Source of the DNA: an uncultured Gammaproteobacteria bacterium
GTDB lineage: Bacteria > Patescibacteriota > Microgenomatia > CAZETR01 > Amesbacteraceae
Reading direction: 5' to 3'
DNA: 64,000 nucleotides
Assembly: GCA_964633995.1 (NCBI GenBank)
Contig: CAZWKN010000005.1
Location: forward strand, 920-64,919
The notes under the pieces: generated by a model
Told to the model about the DNA's origin: nothing
Databases searched by the model: none
Seen by the model: the letters and a program-made list of their open reading frames with translations, nothing else
Translations under genes and position numbers: made by a program
Shown: positions 1 to 9,708 of the stretch, one piece after another
Layout: every line of letters starts with the position of its first letter
How positions within the stretch are numbered: position 1 is the first letter of the stretch

Positions 1-303
1 GAACATCACTCTGTATTTAAACGGGAGGGTGATGATATATATATGGATCACAAAATACCCTTCACCTTGGCTATCTTGGGAGGCGAGACTGCCGTCACAA
101 CTTTGGACGGCCAACTTAAGTTAAAAATTCGACCCGGTACTCAGCCTGGTACCAGTGTCAGGCTAACAGGCAAGGGCGCTCCCCATATCCAATCACTTCA
201 CAAAGACGCTAGGGGAGATTTTTATATCCGCCTGATCATTCAGCTTCCGGATCACATTTCTAAACGCCAAAAGCAGCTCTTAGAGGAGTATGATAAATCA
301 TAA
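1..303 (+). CDS. dnaJ: DnaJ chaperone, C-terminal part (5'-truncated by window edge)
   Basis: Frame open from base 1 (EHHSVFKREGDDIY...); IPFTLAILGG...LKIRPGTQPG...GKG...GDFY is typical of the DnaJ C-terminal domain. Confidence 0.9.
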   Translation, partial: EHHSVFKREGDDIYMDHKIPFTLAILGGETAVTTLDGQLKLKIRPGTQPGTSVRLTGKGAPHIQSLHKDARGDFYIRLIIQLPDHISKRQKQLLEEYDKS

Positions 304-306
304 GTT

Positions 307-624
307 ATGGCTGAAGTTTTTTGTGACCCCGCTACCAAAACCCAGATCAACACCGCCATCGGTTGTCTGGATATTACCGGTAAAGGCACCATCACTTCTC
401 TACTAAGACTAGGAACTAGCATTGCCAGTGGGGCTGCGCTCGTCTTAATTTTTTATGGGGGTATAAAAATCATTATGGCCCACGGTGACCCCAAAGCCGT
501 TCAAGCCGGCAAAGAACTTATCACCGCCGCAGTCACTGGCCTCGTCCTCATCTCTCTGAGTGTTGTCGTTCTTAACTTTTTCGGTATCAGAATTCTAAAC
601 CTACCCGGTTTCGCCACCCCATAG
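307..624 (+). CDS. Pilin-like (TrbC/VirB2-like) two-TM small protein
   Basis: GG...HGDPKAVQAGKELITAAVTGL between two hydrophobic helices, a pattern typical of CPR pilin-like proteins. Confidence 0.7.
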   Translation: MAEVFCDPATKTQINTAIGCLDITGKGTITSLLRLGTSIASGAALVLIFYGGIKIIMAHGDPKAVQAGKELITAAVTGLVLISLSVVVLNFFGIRILNLPGFATP

Positions 625-663
625 CTCTCAAAATACACTCAACCACCCCAATCTTATAGTATA

Positions 664-1185
664 ATGGGGTGCATGGGAGCGATTTACGAACAATCAGCCA
701 ACGGCCTTAATGAGTTATATTTTCACATGGGCCATGAAATTGCCGGTTTTTCAGCCACAGTATGCCATTTAATTGATGACTTGGCAGAAGTGGGGCCGGT
801 GGGTAGCGCAGCTTCGTGGAAACCAAGTCCAAAACTACTGGCGCTCCATGAGGACGGTGCAGACATTGGTCGGTTCCTAAGTCAAGGGGCCAAGATAAAC
901 GCTAGCACAAATAGTCTGGCTACCAAGGTAGAAGAAATAACTACCGGATCAGCTTGGGCGATTTCCAGCGTGGCCATTGGTTTGATATTTGGAGAGGAAG
1001 TAGGCAAAACAAACCCCATTTTAAGAACTCTGGGTACACTAATAGGATTTTCCTTAGCGACAATTATGCTGATGCCAATGAGAAGGGCGGGCAAAGAAAT
1101 AGTTCATGGAGTCGTAGGCTTGATTAAATCCGCCCAATTTAATCAATCTCTTAAGGACGCACTCCACTCCGAGGGTTTAAGCTAA
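664..1185 (+). CDS. Hypothetical membrane protein
   Basis: 173-aa ORF with two hydrophobic segments; no family recognised. Confidence 0.55.
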   Translation: MGCMGAIYEQSANGLNELYFHMGHEIAGFSATVCHLIDDLAEVGPVGSAASWKPSPKLLALHEDGADIGRFLSQGAKINASTNSLATKVEEITTGSAWAISSVAIGLIFGEEVGKTNPILRTLGTLIGFSLATIMLMPMRRAGKEIVHGVVGLIKSAQFNQSLKDALHSEGLS

Positions 1186-1197
1186 GCCCCCAACCAA

Positions 1198-1425
1198 TTA
1201 GTTCTGTTCAGGGTGGCCTGTTGGTATTCCAGGATGGCTCTCGTCTCCGGCGGCTGGCAATGAACTATCCGGGTCGAAGTTTGGTGGATTGTCGTCGTAT
1301 GTTCCACCATCATGACCCGTTCCCGGATTGTCGGGAGCCTTCATTCTGCCGCTTTGATGTTTTGGTTTCTGTGATTCGTGTTTTATTCCCAAATCGGTCA
1401 TATTTTGAAATATATCACGTCCCAA
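1198..1425 (-). CDS. Hypothetical small disordered protein (start uncertain)
   Basis: 75-aa P/D/G-rich ORF filling the gap, convergent with 664..1185. Confidence 0.4.
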   Translation of the reverse strand: MGRDIFQNMTDLGIKHESQKPKHQSGRMKAPDNPGTGHDGGTYDDNPPNFDPDSSLPAAGDESHPGIPTGHPEQN

Positions 1426-1446
1426 CTAGTTCTACCACCCAATTCC

Positions 1447-1502
1447 TGCTATAATGACCTCAGTTTAAGAGTTTAAGGTGGGAAGTTAAGCCCGCCTTTT
1501 TT
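1447..1502 (+). promoter_or_regulatory. nusA promoter and 5' leader terminator/attenuator
   Basis: TGcTATAAT (1447-1455), then hairpin AAGGTGGG/CCCGCCTT plus T-run (1475-1502) just before the nusA ATG. Confidence 0.65.
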
Positions 1503-1513
1503 AAAGAAAAATT

Positions 1514-2548
1514 ATGCAAAAACCATCTACATCACGTTCTGACTTTGCGTTAGCAGTTGCCCAAATCGCCCACGAGAGGGGTTTGGACCCCAATATTATT
1601 CTTGAATCAATTAAACAAGCTTTGGTGGCAGCCTTCAAAAAAGACCACCCCGACTCTGTCAAGCCGGACCATGTCTACGATGCCGATCTAGACGCCTCCT
1701 CTGGTGAAGCCAAGATCTTTGAAATTGCAGGCGATGTAACCGAGGAAGGCGAAACAATCACAGTAACCCCCAAAAAAGGTGCTAAAAGAGTCGATATTAC
1801 CCCACCGGGCTATGGTCGAATTGCAGCCCAAACCGCCAAGCAAGTAATTTTACAAAAAGTCCGTGAAGCTGAAAAATCTAATATTATCTCCGAATATGAA
1901 AAAAAGATTGGGTCGTTAGTAACCGGCATGATCATTCGCTTTGCAGGACCAGATATCGTTGTAGACATTGGTAAAACCGAAGCAGTTATGCCTCCCGCTC
2001 ATCAGGTTCACTCTGAAGACTATAGAATTAATGGCCGTTTTACGTTTCTATTACACAGCGTTCGTGAAGGAGTTCGAGGTAAAGAAGTAGTTGTCTCTAG
2101 GTCAGACGATGGCCTAATCAAAGAGCTTTTCCGTCGCGAAGTCCCTGAGGTTGGCTCGGGAAGTGTTGAAATAAAAGTGGTCGCCAGAGACCCAGGCTCT
2201 AGGACAAAAATTGCAGTGTATTCTCATCAGCCCGGAGTGGACCCAGTTGGCTCGTGTGTTGGTCAAAAAGGAGTTCGCGTCCAGGCCGTAATATCCGAAC
2301 TTAATGGTGAGAAGATTGACATAGTTCAATTTAACGAAGAACCAGAAAAGTTTATTGCTTCGGCCCTGGCCCCTGCTTCAAATCTGTCCGTCAAGATAAA
2401 TTCCAAAAAACAATCAGCCGAGGTTACAGCTCCGGCTGACCAACTTTCTCTAGCGATAGGTAGAGATGGTCAAAACGCGAAACTAGCCGGCAAGCTTACT
2501 GGCTTTCACATTGACATCTCGGGAGCAGAGAGTTCAAGCCAGATCTAG
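1514..2548 (+). CDS. nusA: Transcription termination/antitermination factor NusA
   Basis: GRIAAQTAKQVILQK, ARDPGSRTKIAV, GSCVGQKGVRV, LSLAIGRDGQN motifs. Confidence 0.98.
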   Translation: MQKPSTSRSDFALAVAQIAHERGLDPNIILESIKQALVAAFKKDHPDSVKPDHVYDADLDASSGEAKIFEIAGDVTEEGETITVTPKKGAKRVDITPPGYGRIAAQTAKQVILQKVREAEKSNIISEYEKKIGSLVTGMIIRFAGPDIVVDIGKTEAVMPPAHQVHSEDYRINGRFTFLLHSVREGVRGKEVVVSRSDDGLIKELFRREVPEVGSGSVEIKVVARDPGSRTKIAVYSHQPGVDPVGSCVGQKGVRVQAVISELNGEKIDIVQFNEEPEKFIASALAPASNLSVKINSKKQSAEVTAPADQLSLAIGRDGQNAKLAGKLTGFHIDISGAESSSQI

Positions 2549-2575
2549 AATTTATAAATTAGTAATTAGAAATTT

Positions 2576-3967
2576 ATGGAAACACCCCGTCCTCCTATTG
2601 TCGTCATATTAGGCCATGTCGATCACGGTAAAACCAGCCTATTGGACTATCTACGCAAATCAAATGTTGCCGCTCACGAAGCAGGGGGAATTACTCAGTC
2701 TGTCCGTTCGTTCAAAATCCCCCAAGGTACTTTTATCGATACCCCAGGACACGCAGCGTTCTCAGGTATGCGATCACGGGGAAGCTTTTTAGCGGATGTA
2801 GCCATTTTGGTTGTTTCCTCAGTGGATGGGGTTATGCCTCAAACCAAAGAATCAGTCGACTTTATTAAACAAGCCGGGATTCCGTTCATAGTGGCAATCA
2901 CCAAATCAGACCTTGATACTCAAAATCCCGATAGGGTCAAAACCCAACTCACCGAAATTGGAGTAATTGTGGAAGATTTTGGTGGAGAAGTTCCTGTGGT
3001 TTCGATTTCTGCCAAAACCGGCAAGGGGATTCCGGAACTACTCGAAATGCTTGAACTTATTACATCCTTAAATCCTCCTCTGTCGGACCCCTCATCGCCT
3101 TCGCAGTCCATAGTTCTTGAGTCGAAATTAGACTCAAAAAAGGGTCCACTAGCTTTCGTTATTGTTAAAAATGGCACCCTTTCTATTGGGCAACCTCTTT
3201 TTGGTTCAGTGCCTGTAGGAAAAATACGTGCTCTGATAAGTTCCACCGGTGAAAATCTTACAGTTGCCCCCCCTTCCACTCCAGTAGAAATATTAGGACT
3301 GACCTCCGTCCCCGAAGTGGGTTCTACCCTAACCTCCGCTCCGGTTTCTATCTCGTCAAAGCCGTCTTCGACTTCAAAAATAGGAGGCGACAAAGCGGGT
3401 AGCCTGAACATCATTTTGTGTGCAGATGTCGCTGGTTCTTTGGAGGCTATTTTTGTTTCGCTTCCATCTGGAGTTAATGTTGTTTCCTCTCATACCGGGG
3501 ATGTTAACGAAACAGATATCACCAACGCCATCGCTTCAAAAGCCAGAATAGTTTGTTTTGGTTCAAGAATTCCCAACTCAGTCTCAAAGTTGGCCGAAGT
3601 CGAAAAAATCACTATTGATAACTTTTCCATAATTTACGAATTACTGGATCACCTTTCTAAGTTGGTAAATTCCCGTGTTACAGAAACTATTTTAGGCAGG
3701 TCTATTATTTCCGCTGAATTCAAAATTGGTCCTGATAGGGTAGCCGGTTGTAAATGTGTCGAGGGGATTATTTCCAAACAAGACAAAATTCGGATAGTTA
3801 GAGGAGATAAAATAATTTCCGAGTCCAAGCTAAAAACTCTAAAATCCGGTAAACAAGACATAGACAAAGTAAAATCAGGAACTGAATTTGGAGCCGTGTT
3901 TAGCCCTTATGTTGATTTTAAGCTTGGAGATAGTATAATCTCATACGAATTACATGGCCAAGCCTGA
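2576..3967 (+). CDS. infB: Translation initiation factor IF-2 (short form lacking N-terminal domain)
   Basis: RPPIVVILGHVDHGKTSLLD, EAGGITQ, FIDTPGHAAFSGMRSRG; follows nusA. Confidence 0.97.
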   Translation: METPRPPIVVILGHVDHGKTSLLDYLRKSNVAAHEAGGITQSVRSFKIPQGTFIDTPGHAAFSGMRSRGSFLADVAILVVSSVDGVMPQTKESVDFIKQAGIPFIVAITKSDLDTQNPDRVKTQLTEIGVIVEDFGGEVPVVSISAKTGKGIPELLEMLELITSLNPPLSDPSSPSQSIVLESKLDSKKGPLAFVIVKNGTLSIGQPLFGSVPVGKIRALISSTGENLTVAPPSTPVEILGLTSVPEVGSTLTSAPVSISSKPSSTSKIGGDKAGSLNIILCADVAGSLEAIFVSLPSGVNVVSSHTGDVNETDITNAIASKARIVCFGSRIPNSVSKLAEVEKITIDNFSIIYELLDHLSKLVNSRVTETILGRSIISAEFKIGPDRVAGCKCVEGIISKQDKIRIVRGDKIISESKLKTLKSGKQDIDKVKSGTEFGAVFSPYVDFKLGDSIISYELHGQA

Positions 3968-4832
3968 CACCGCACAAATAGCAGTACTGCTTGAGCCTGC
4001 CCGCTCCATAGCCCTGCTTTTTCCAGAAAATCCCACACATGATGTGGTGGCTTCTGGACTGGCTCTCAAACTAGTTTTAGAAAAAGCTGGAAAAGTAGTC
4101 CACGCCGCCTGTGTGCACCCCATGACCGTGGAGTTTAACCGGTTAGTAGGAGTGGAGTCGATCGTTACTTCCTTTGGGGGGCGTAACTTGGTTATTACCT
4201 TCCCGGGTCAAACCGAACATGTTGACAAAATAAGCTACAACATTGAAGCAGGGGAGTTGCAATTGGTCGTTACTCCCAAGCCCGCTTCACCCGGATTGGA
4301 CCACAGAAAGCTCAAATTTGTCACTGGACCGTCGCAAGTTGATCTGTCAATTTTGGTGGGGGTTTATCACACTTCGGAATTAGGAAGTCTTTACGAAGAG
4401 ACCAAAGACCTAATGTCCAAGTCCAAAATTATTGGACTTACGCTTTCCGAACCCCACGAAAAATACGCCCACCACCATGTTATAGACACCCAATCCGCCT
4501 CGCTTTCAGAATTAGTTTTCCAAATAATCGAGACGGCTCGTCTCAAACTAGATCCCGATTCAGCATCCAATCTTTTTTCCGGTCTCAAAGACGCCACCGA
4601 CAACTTCCAAACTTCAAAAGTTAGTATCATCACGTTCGAAACAGCAGCCAATCTTTTGCGCCAAGGGGCTCAGAAACACGATGTTTTATCGGCTTCCGAT
4701 TTTCCGGAAGGATCAATTCCCGCCGCTGCCCCTCAGTCCACAGACTTAGGATTTGGTACCGACAGCCAACCCAAAGCCCCTTCACCAGACTGGTACGAAC
4801 CAAAAATCTACCAAGGATCACAACTGGTGTAG
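3954..4832 (+). CDS. DHH/NrnA-like protein with degenerate catalytic motifs
   Basis: Position after infB; ASLSELV...ASNLFSGL..ATDNF resembles DHH family; DxD and DHH motifs not intact. Confidence 0.6.
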   Translation: MAKPDTAQIAVLLEPARSIALLFPENPTHDVVASGLALKLVLEKAGKVVHAACVHPMTVEFNRLVGVESIVTSFGGRNLVITFPGQTEHVDKISYNIEAGELQLVVTPKPASPGLDHRKLKFVTGPSQVDLSILVGVYHTSELGSLYEETKDLMSKSKIIGLTLSEPHEKYAHHHVIDTQSASLSELVFQIIETARLKLDPDSASNLFSGLKDATDNFQTSKVSIITFETAANLLRQGAQKHDVLSASDFPEGSIPAAAPQSTDLGFGTDSQPKAPSPDWYEPKIYQGSQLV

Positions 4833-4925
4833 TTGTGTGATATAATTACCCAACTTAACGACTTACTAACGAAAGTTTGTCCGCCAATTAGGTACTCACT
4901 TTCGCCCTATGTCTAAGTCTTCTTT

Positions 4926-5195
4926 ATGGCTTTAGATACCAAATACAAACAAGAAATTATCAAAAAATTTGCCACTGTAAAAGGTGACACTGGCTCGCCA
5001 GAAGTTCAAGTTGCCCTTCTAACCGAAAAGATAACCAAGCTCACAGAACACCTTAAGGAGCATAAAAAAGACAATCATTCCAGAAGGGGACTTATCAGCA
5101 TGGTTTCCAAGCGTCGCAGATTACTGTCATATCTACAAAAAAAAGACGCCAAGAGGTATCAGGTGGTCGCCAAAAAACTTGGCCTAACTAAATAA
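4926..5195 (+). CDS. rpsO: 30S ribosomal protein S15
   Basis: [25 protein letters not shown]. Confidence 0.99.
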   Translation: MALDTKYKQEIIKKFATVKGDTGSPEVQVALLTEKITKLTEHLKEHKKDNHSRRGLISMVSKRRRLLSYLQKKDAKRYQVVAKKLGLTK

Positions 5196-5207
5196 TTTAA
5201 TCTGTTA

Positions 5208-5311
5208 TATAATAAATCACAACACAGCGTCCAAAGGTTTTTTAAGAGGTGCGAAGAGAAGTAGTTACTCTTCTTCAGACTTCTTAATAACCTCAGGAAA
5301 TAAGCGTTGTG
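5208..5311 (+). promoter_or_regulatory. pnp promoter and long 5'-UTR stem-loop
   Basis: TATAAT 5208-5213; CACAAC(5218)/GTTGTG(5306) outer pairing, AGGTT..TTAAGAGGT / ACTTCTTAA.AACCT inner stem 5235-5293. Confidence 0.6.
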
Positions 5312-5320
5312 GATCGTTTC

Positions 5321-7498
5321 ATGAACAACCAAGTTGTAACCAAATCAGTTGAAGTAGCAGGAAGGACACTTTCTTTCGAAGTTGGCCGTCTTGCGCCTCA
5401 AGCCACCGGTTCCGTTCTTGCGAAATATGGCGATTCCGTTGTTTTGGCAGCGGTAACCATTGGAGCTGAAGATACAAAAAAAGACTATTTTCCGTTGTCA
5501 GTGGAATACCAAGAACGCCTCTACGCTGGTGGTCGCATCAAGGGATCACGTTGGGTCAAGCGCGAAAGAAACACTGACGAAGAAACTCTCTCCGCCAGAT
5601 TAATAGATAGATCCATTCGCCCTCTCTTTCCCAAATGGTTCAAAAACGAGGTTCAGGTAATAGTCATGGTCTTGGCCACAGACACAGATAACGACACCGA
5701 TGTTTTAGCCGTTAACGCTGCCTCAGCTGCAATAGCAATTTCACCGATTCCATGGAACGGTCCAATTGGCTCATGCAGAGTAGGTATTGAGGCCGGTGAG
5801 CTGGTCATAAATCCTAAAAACGGCAACCGTGAAGGAGTCGATTTAGACTTAGTAGTCTCGTCAACCAACGATCTAATTCCCATGCTTGAGGCCGGTGCCA
5901 ACCAGATACCGGAAGATCAAATGTATCAGGCCTTTGAATTGGCTGTTCAAAACAATAAAAAAATCATCACCGCCCTTAATGAATTGGCAGTAGAAGTTGG
6001 CAAGCCCAAAATTTCATTTAACCGTCCCAGCCTCGACGCCTCGTTTGTAACTGAAATAGAAAAAAAGGCTTTGCCATTGGTTGAATCCTATCTCAAAGCT
6101 TCTTCTACTAAAGAAGGCAACAGCTTAACTGATATCGTGTCTCAATTGAGTTCAGAATACGAGCCAGCTCAAAAGTCCGCTATTCCCGCCATCATTGAGG
6201 AATTAGTCTATAAAACGCTTCGTACTAACGTAACCAAACATTCTCTTCGCGCAGACGGTCGAAAATTAGACGAGATTAGGCCACTTAATGTTCAAGTAGG
6301 GGTCCTTCCAAGAGTTCACGGATCTGCAATTTTTCAGCGTGGACAAACTCAGGCCCTGACAGTAACAACCATTGGTGCTCCGTCATTAGGCCAAACGCTA
6401 GAGTCTGCAGAGGGCGAAGAGGTAAAAAGATATATTCACCATTACAACTTTCCGCCCTTTTCAACTGGAGAAACAGGAAAAGTAGGATCTCCTAAACGAC
6501 GCGAAATAGGTCACGGAGCCTTAGCCGAAAGAGCTATTTTTCCTGTCATTCCCCCCGAGTCAGAATTTCCCTACGCGATTCGTGTGGTTTCAGAGATAAT
6601 GAGCTCAAATGGTTCGTCCAGCATGGCCAGCACTTGCGGATCGACCATGTCTCTAATGGATGCCGGGGTGCCAATTTTAGCCCCAGTGTCTGGAATTTCT
6701 ACAGGATTAATAGACGGTGTTTTGCTAACGGATATTATTGGTCTGGAAGACCACTATGGCGACATGGATTTCAAAGTGGCAGGAACTACCAAGGGCATCA
6801 CCGCCATTCAGCTCGATGTTAAAATCCCCGGACTTACTTTAGACATCTGCAAACAAACTCTAGCAAGAGCCAGAACAGCCAGGCTTCAAGTATTAGATGC
6901 CATGCTTAAAGCTTTGGACAAACCCAGACCAGAACTTTCGCAGTTTGCTCCCAAGATCCACACTGTTCAAATCCCCACCGACAAGATAGGTGAACTTATT
7001 GGACCAGGTGGAAAAAATATTAAGAAGCTTATGGCCGAAACTGGTACCCAAATTGACACGCGCGACGATGGGTACATATTTATTTCGGGGATTGACCCAG
7101 AGGGTGTTTCCAGAGCCGTTGACTACGTTGCCGGATTAGCCAAGGAAGTAAAAGCTGGGGAAATCTATGAAGGGACTGTCGCCAGAATTCAGCCGTTTGG
7201 GGCTTTTGTAAACATCCTTCCTGGTAAAGACGGCCTAGTTCACGTATCGCAAATGGGTCAAGGTTTTATCTCGGACCCTGCCCAGGTGGTACATGAGGGC
7301 CAGCAAGTTAGGGTTTGGGTTATCGAAATAGACAGCCAGAACAGAATTAGTCTTAGCATGCTATTTGATGAAGCTGGCCAACCGTTGGTTAAAGCCAGAG
7401 AAGAGCGGGCTCCTAGACCTTTTACCCCAAGGCCAGATGATTCCTTCCGCGGCCCTAGGCTTGCCGGGCGCGACCGTGGTCCCCGTCGAAGATTCTAG
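5321..7498 (+). CDS. pnp: Polyribonucleotide nucleotidyltransferase (PNPase)
   Basis: RLIDRSIRPLFP, RREIGHGALAE, SNGSSSMAS, GDMDFKVAGT, KH and S1 domains; ATG 5321 preferred over GTG 5309. Confidence 0.98.
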   Translation: MNNQVVTKSVEVAGRTLSFEVGRLAPQATGSVLAKYGDSVVLAAVTIGAEDTKKDYFPLSVEYQERLYAGGRIKGSRWVKRERNTDEETLSARLIDRSIRPLFPKWFKNEVQVIVMVLATDTDNDTDVLAVNAASAAIAISPIPWNGPIGSCRVGIEAGELVINPKNGNREGVDLDLVVSSTNDLIPMLEAGANQIPEDQMYQAFELAVQNNKKIITALNELAVEVGKPKISFNRPSLDASFVTEIEKKALPLVESYLKASSTKEGNSLTDIVSQLSSEYEPAQKSAIPAIIEELVYKTLRTNVTKHSLRADGRKLDEIRPLNVQVGVLPRVHGSAIFQRGQTQALTVTTIGAPSLGQTLESAEGEEVKRYIHHYNFPPFSTGETGKVGSPKRREIGHGALAERAIFPVIPPESEFPYAIRVVSEIMSSNGSSSMASTCGSTMSLMDAGVPILAPVSGISTGLIDGVLLTDIIGLEDHYGDMDFKVAGTTKGITAIQLDVKIPGLTLDICKQTLARARTARLQVLDAMLKALDKPRPELSQFAPKIHTVQIPTDKIGELIGPGGKNIKKLMAETGTQIDTRDDGYIFISGIDPEGVSRAVDYVAGLAKEVKAGEIYEGTVARIQPFGAFVNILPGKDGLVHVSQMGQGFISDPAQVVHEGQQVRVWVIEIDSQNRISLSMLFDEAGQPLVKAREERAPRPFTPRPDDSFRGPRLAGRDRGPRRRF

Positions 7499-7513
7499 TG
7501 TAGAATAGATTAA

Positions 7514-8557
7514 GTGGACGAACAATTTTCTACCGACATAAAAAGACTTTCTTCGCTTGTTGATTCGGCTAATCTTCCAGATGAATTAAAGACCAAAATA
7601 ACTGAAATGTTGGCTCGCCTAAATCGCCAGGCGAAATATGGTAATTATTCCGGCGAATTCGAACAGGCTCAACATTACATTGACTGGATAGTCAATCTGC
7701 CTTGGGACAAAACCTCAAAAGACATTCTGGATTTAACTTTTGCCAAACAGATCCTGGATAAACACCACCATGGTTTAACAGACGTCAAGCAACGGTTTTT
7801 AGAGTATCTGTCTGTTCTCATTCTGAATGAAACAAAAAATCCTGATTTCCACGCTCCTGTCCTATTGTTAGTAGGTCTTGTTGGAACTGGCAAGACCACT
7901 TTTGCCTACAGCCTTGCCGAAGCATTGGGTCGAAAGATTATTCGTATCCCCTTTGGGGGTATGAGTTCGGCCTTAGATTTAAGGGGTCTATCCAAATCCC
8001 ATCCCGAGGCAGAGCCTGGTCAAATAGTCAAAAACATCCGTCGGGCAGGCGTCAAAAACCCGGTGATTCTATTAGACGAGATAGACCGGGTTTCCGACAC
8101 CGCCCGTGGCGAGATTATGGGTGTATTGGTCGAGCTGTTAGATCCTAGTCAAAATATGGCTTTTTCTGATCATTACATAGACTTTCCTCTGGACCTGTCA
8201 CAAGCATTATTTGTGGCTACCGCCAACAACACATCTAATATTTCGACAGCCGTTATGGATCGTCTGGAAGTTATTACCATGCCCAGTTATACCGACGAGG
8301 AAAAAATCAAAATCGCCAAAGATTTTGTGCTTCCTCAGGAAATCGCCAAAGCGGGTTTGCCGGCGGGTTCGTTAACCATAGACGAAACAGTCTGGCCCAA
8401 AGTGGTTCGCCCACTAGGATTTGACGCCGGAATTCGCACATTAGAAAGAACCATCCAGGGAATAGTTCGTAAGGTGGCTATGCTAATAGTACAGGGTAAG
8501 GGTTCCAAGTTTTATCTGACTCAAGACAATGTCAAGGATTTCCTCCCCACATACTAA
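7514..8557 (+). CDS. Lon-like AAA+ ATPase lacking N domain and protease domain
   Basis: YIDWIVNLPW, HHGLTDVKQR, Walker A GLVGTGKT, LLDEID, LLDPSQN..FSDHY; ends at 347 aa with no Ser-Lys protease domain. Confidence 0.85.
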   Translation: MDEQFSTDIKRLSSLVDSANLPDELKTKITEMLARLNRQAKYGNYSGEFEQAQHYIDWIVNLPWDKTSKDILDLTFAKQILDKHHHGLTDVKQRFLEYLSVLILNETKNPDFHAPVLLLVGLVGTGKTTFAYSLAEALGRKIIRIPFGGMSSALDLRGLSKSHPEAEPGQIVKNIRRAGVKNPVILLDEIDRVSDTARGEIMGVLVELLDPSQNMAFSDHYIDFPLDLSQALFVATANNTSNISTAVMDRLEVITMPSYTDEEKIKIAKDFVLPQEIAKAGLPAGSLTIDETVWPKVVRPLGFDAGIRTLERTIQGIVRKVAMLIVQGKGSKFYLTQDNVKDFLPTY

Positions 8558-8563
8558 ACAATT

Positions 8564-9070
8564 GTGAAAGAATTATTCGACTCACCTTGGTTTAAACGAT
8601 TCTATTTTAGTATCTCTTTGGTGTTATTGGTGGTTGGTTTATATTCGGCCATCAAACCTGACCTCTTTTTAAAATTCGGATATGTGGGTATTTTTGTTTT
8701 TAACCTACTCGGAGGCGCGGGTGCATTGTTAATCCCTGCTTTATCGTCCAAGATGAACATCCTTTTATTAGCTGCTGTCACTGCATTGGGTATGGGGATA
8801 AACGATAGCATCGCCTGGTTGGCGGGCAGGGGTGGTTCGGAAGTAATTTACAAGTCGGCCTGGGTCCCAAGGATAGAAAAGTTTCTGGACAAATACGGGT
8901 GGAAACCTTTATTTGTTTTATCAATACTACCGTTTCCTTACGACATTATAGGTTTGGCAACCGGTTATCTTGGCCTGGATTATTTAAAGTTTTTTATTCC
9001 CACCGTAGTTGGAAAATACATAAGAGTGATATTGATTGCGTATGGATACCAATGGATAATTAACCCATGA
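8564..9070 (+). CDS. VTT/DedA (SNARE-associated) family membrane protein
   Basis: Hydrophobic; LSILPFPYDIIGLATGY...FFIPTVVGK pattern. Confidence 0.75.
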   Translation: MKELFDSPWFKRFYFSISLVLLVVGLYSAIKPDLFLKFGYVGIFVFNLLGGAGALLIPALSSKMNILLLAAVTALGMGINDSIAWLAGRGGSEVIYKSAWVPRIEKFLDKYGWKPLFVLSILPFPYDIIGLATGYLGLDYLKFFIPTVVGKYIRVILIAYGYQWIINP

Positions 9071-9708
9071 CAATTTCCGAAATCTACGATACATATCGAA
9101 TCCCGCCCCAACTCCGACTCCATCAACTCCGGGTGGCCGCAGTTGCCAAAATACTTAGTCAAAGTATTGCCGGTTTCAATGAATGCACTGGAGTAGTGAG
9201 GGCCATGCTGCTTCATGATATGGGCAACATTATCAAATTCGATCTGCAAAAATTTCCCGAGTTTCTGCAACCCGAAGGACTCGACTACTGGGGTCGAGTC
9301 CAACGTGAATTTATTTCTAAATATGGACCAGATGAACACGTTGCCACGCTTCGCATCGCCCAAGAAATTGGCGTGTCGGAACGCATAATTGATCTTATAA
9401 GCTGTGTAGGTTTCGACAAAGCAGAACTTAACAAAAATACAACCGACACGGCAAAGAAGATATGCGCCTATTCTGATCAACGCGTTGGGCCTCATGGCAT
9501 ATTGTCGTTGGCCCAAAGACTCGAGGAAGGTCGGAAAAGATACGCCGATCACCCCAAGATTGCCCTGAGCTCTCCTGAAAAATACACTCTTCTAAGCACC
9601 AGCCTTTTGAGCATAGAAAAACAAATATTTTCACTCAGTTCTATTCAACCGGAAGATATCTCCGATTCCCAGGTTACGTCCGTAATTGAACAAGGACTGG
9701 TTTTATGA
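9067..9708 (+). CDS. HD-domain protein
   Basis: H..RVAAVA, LLHDMGN, YSDQRVGPHG motifs. Confidence 0.8.
   Translation: MTISEIYDTYRIPPQLRLHQLRVAAVAKILSQSIAGFNECTGVVRAMLLHDMGNIIKFDLQKFPEFLQPEGLDYWGRVQREFISKYGPDEHVATLRIAQEIGVSERIIDLISCVGFDKAELNKNTTDTAKKICAYSDQRVGPHGILSLAQRLEEGRKRYADHPKIALSSPEKYTLLSTSLLSIEKQIFSLSSIQPEDISDSQVTSVIEQGLVL

Noticed and set aside
4851-4925. S15-binding autoregulatory leader
   Set aside because: Plausible by position, but I could not derive a convincing structure by eye
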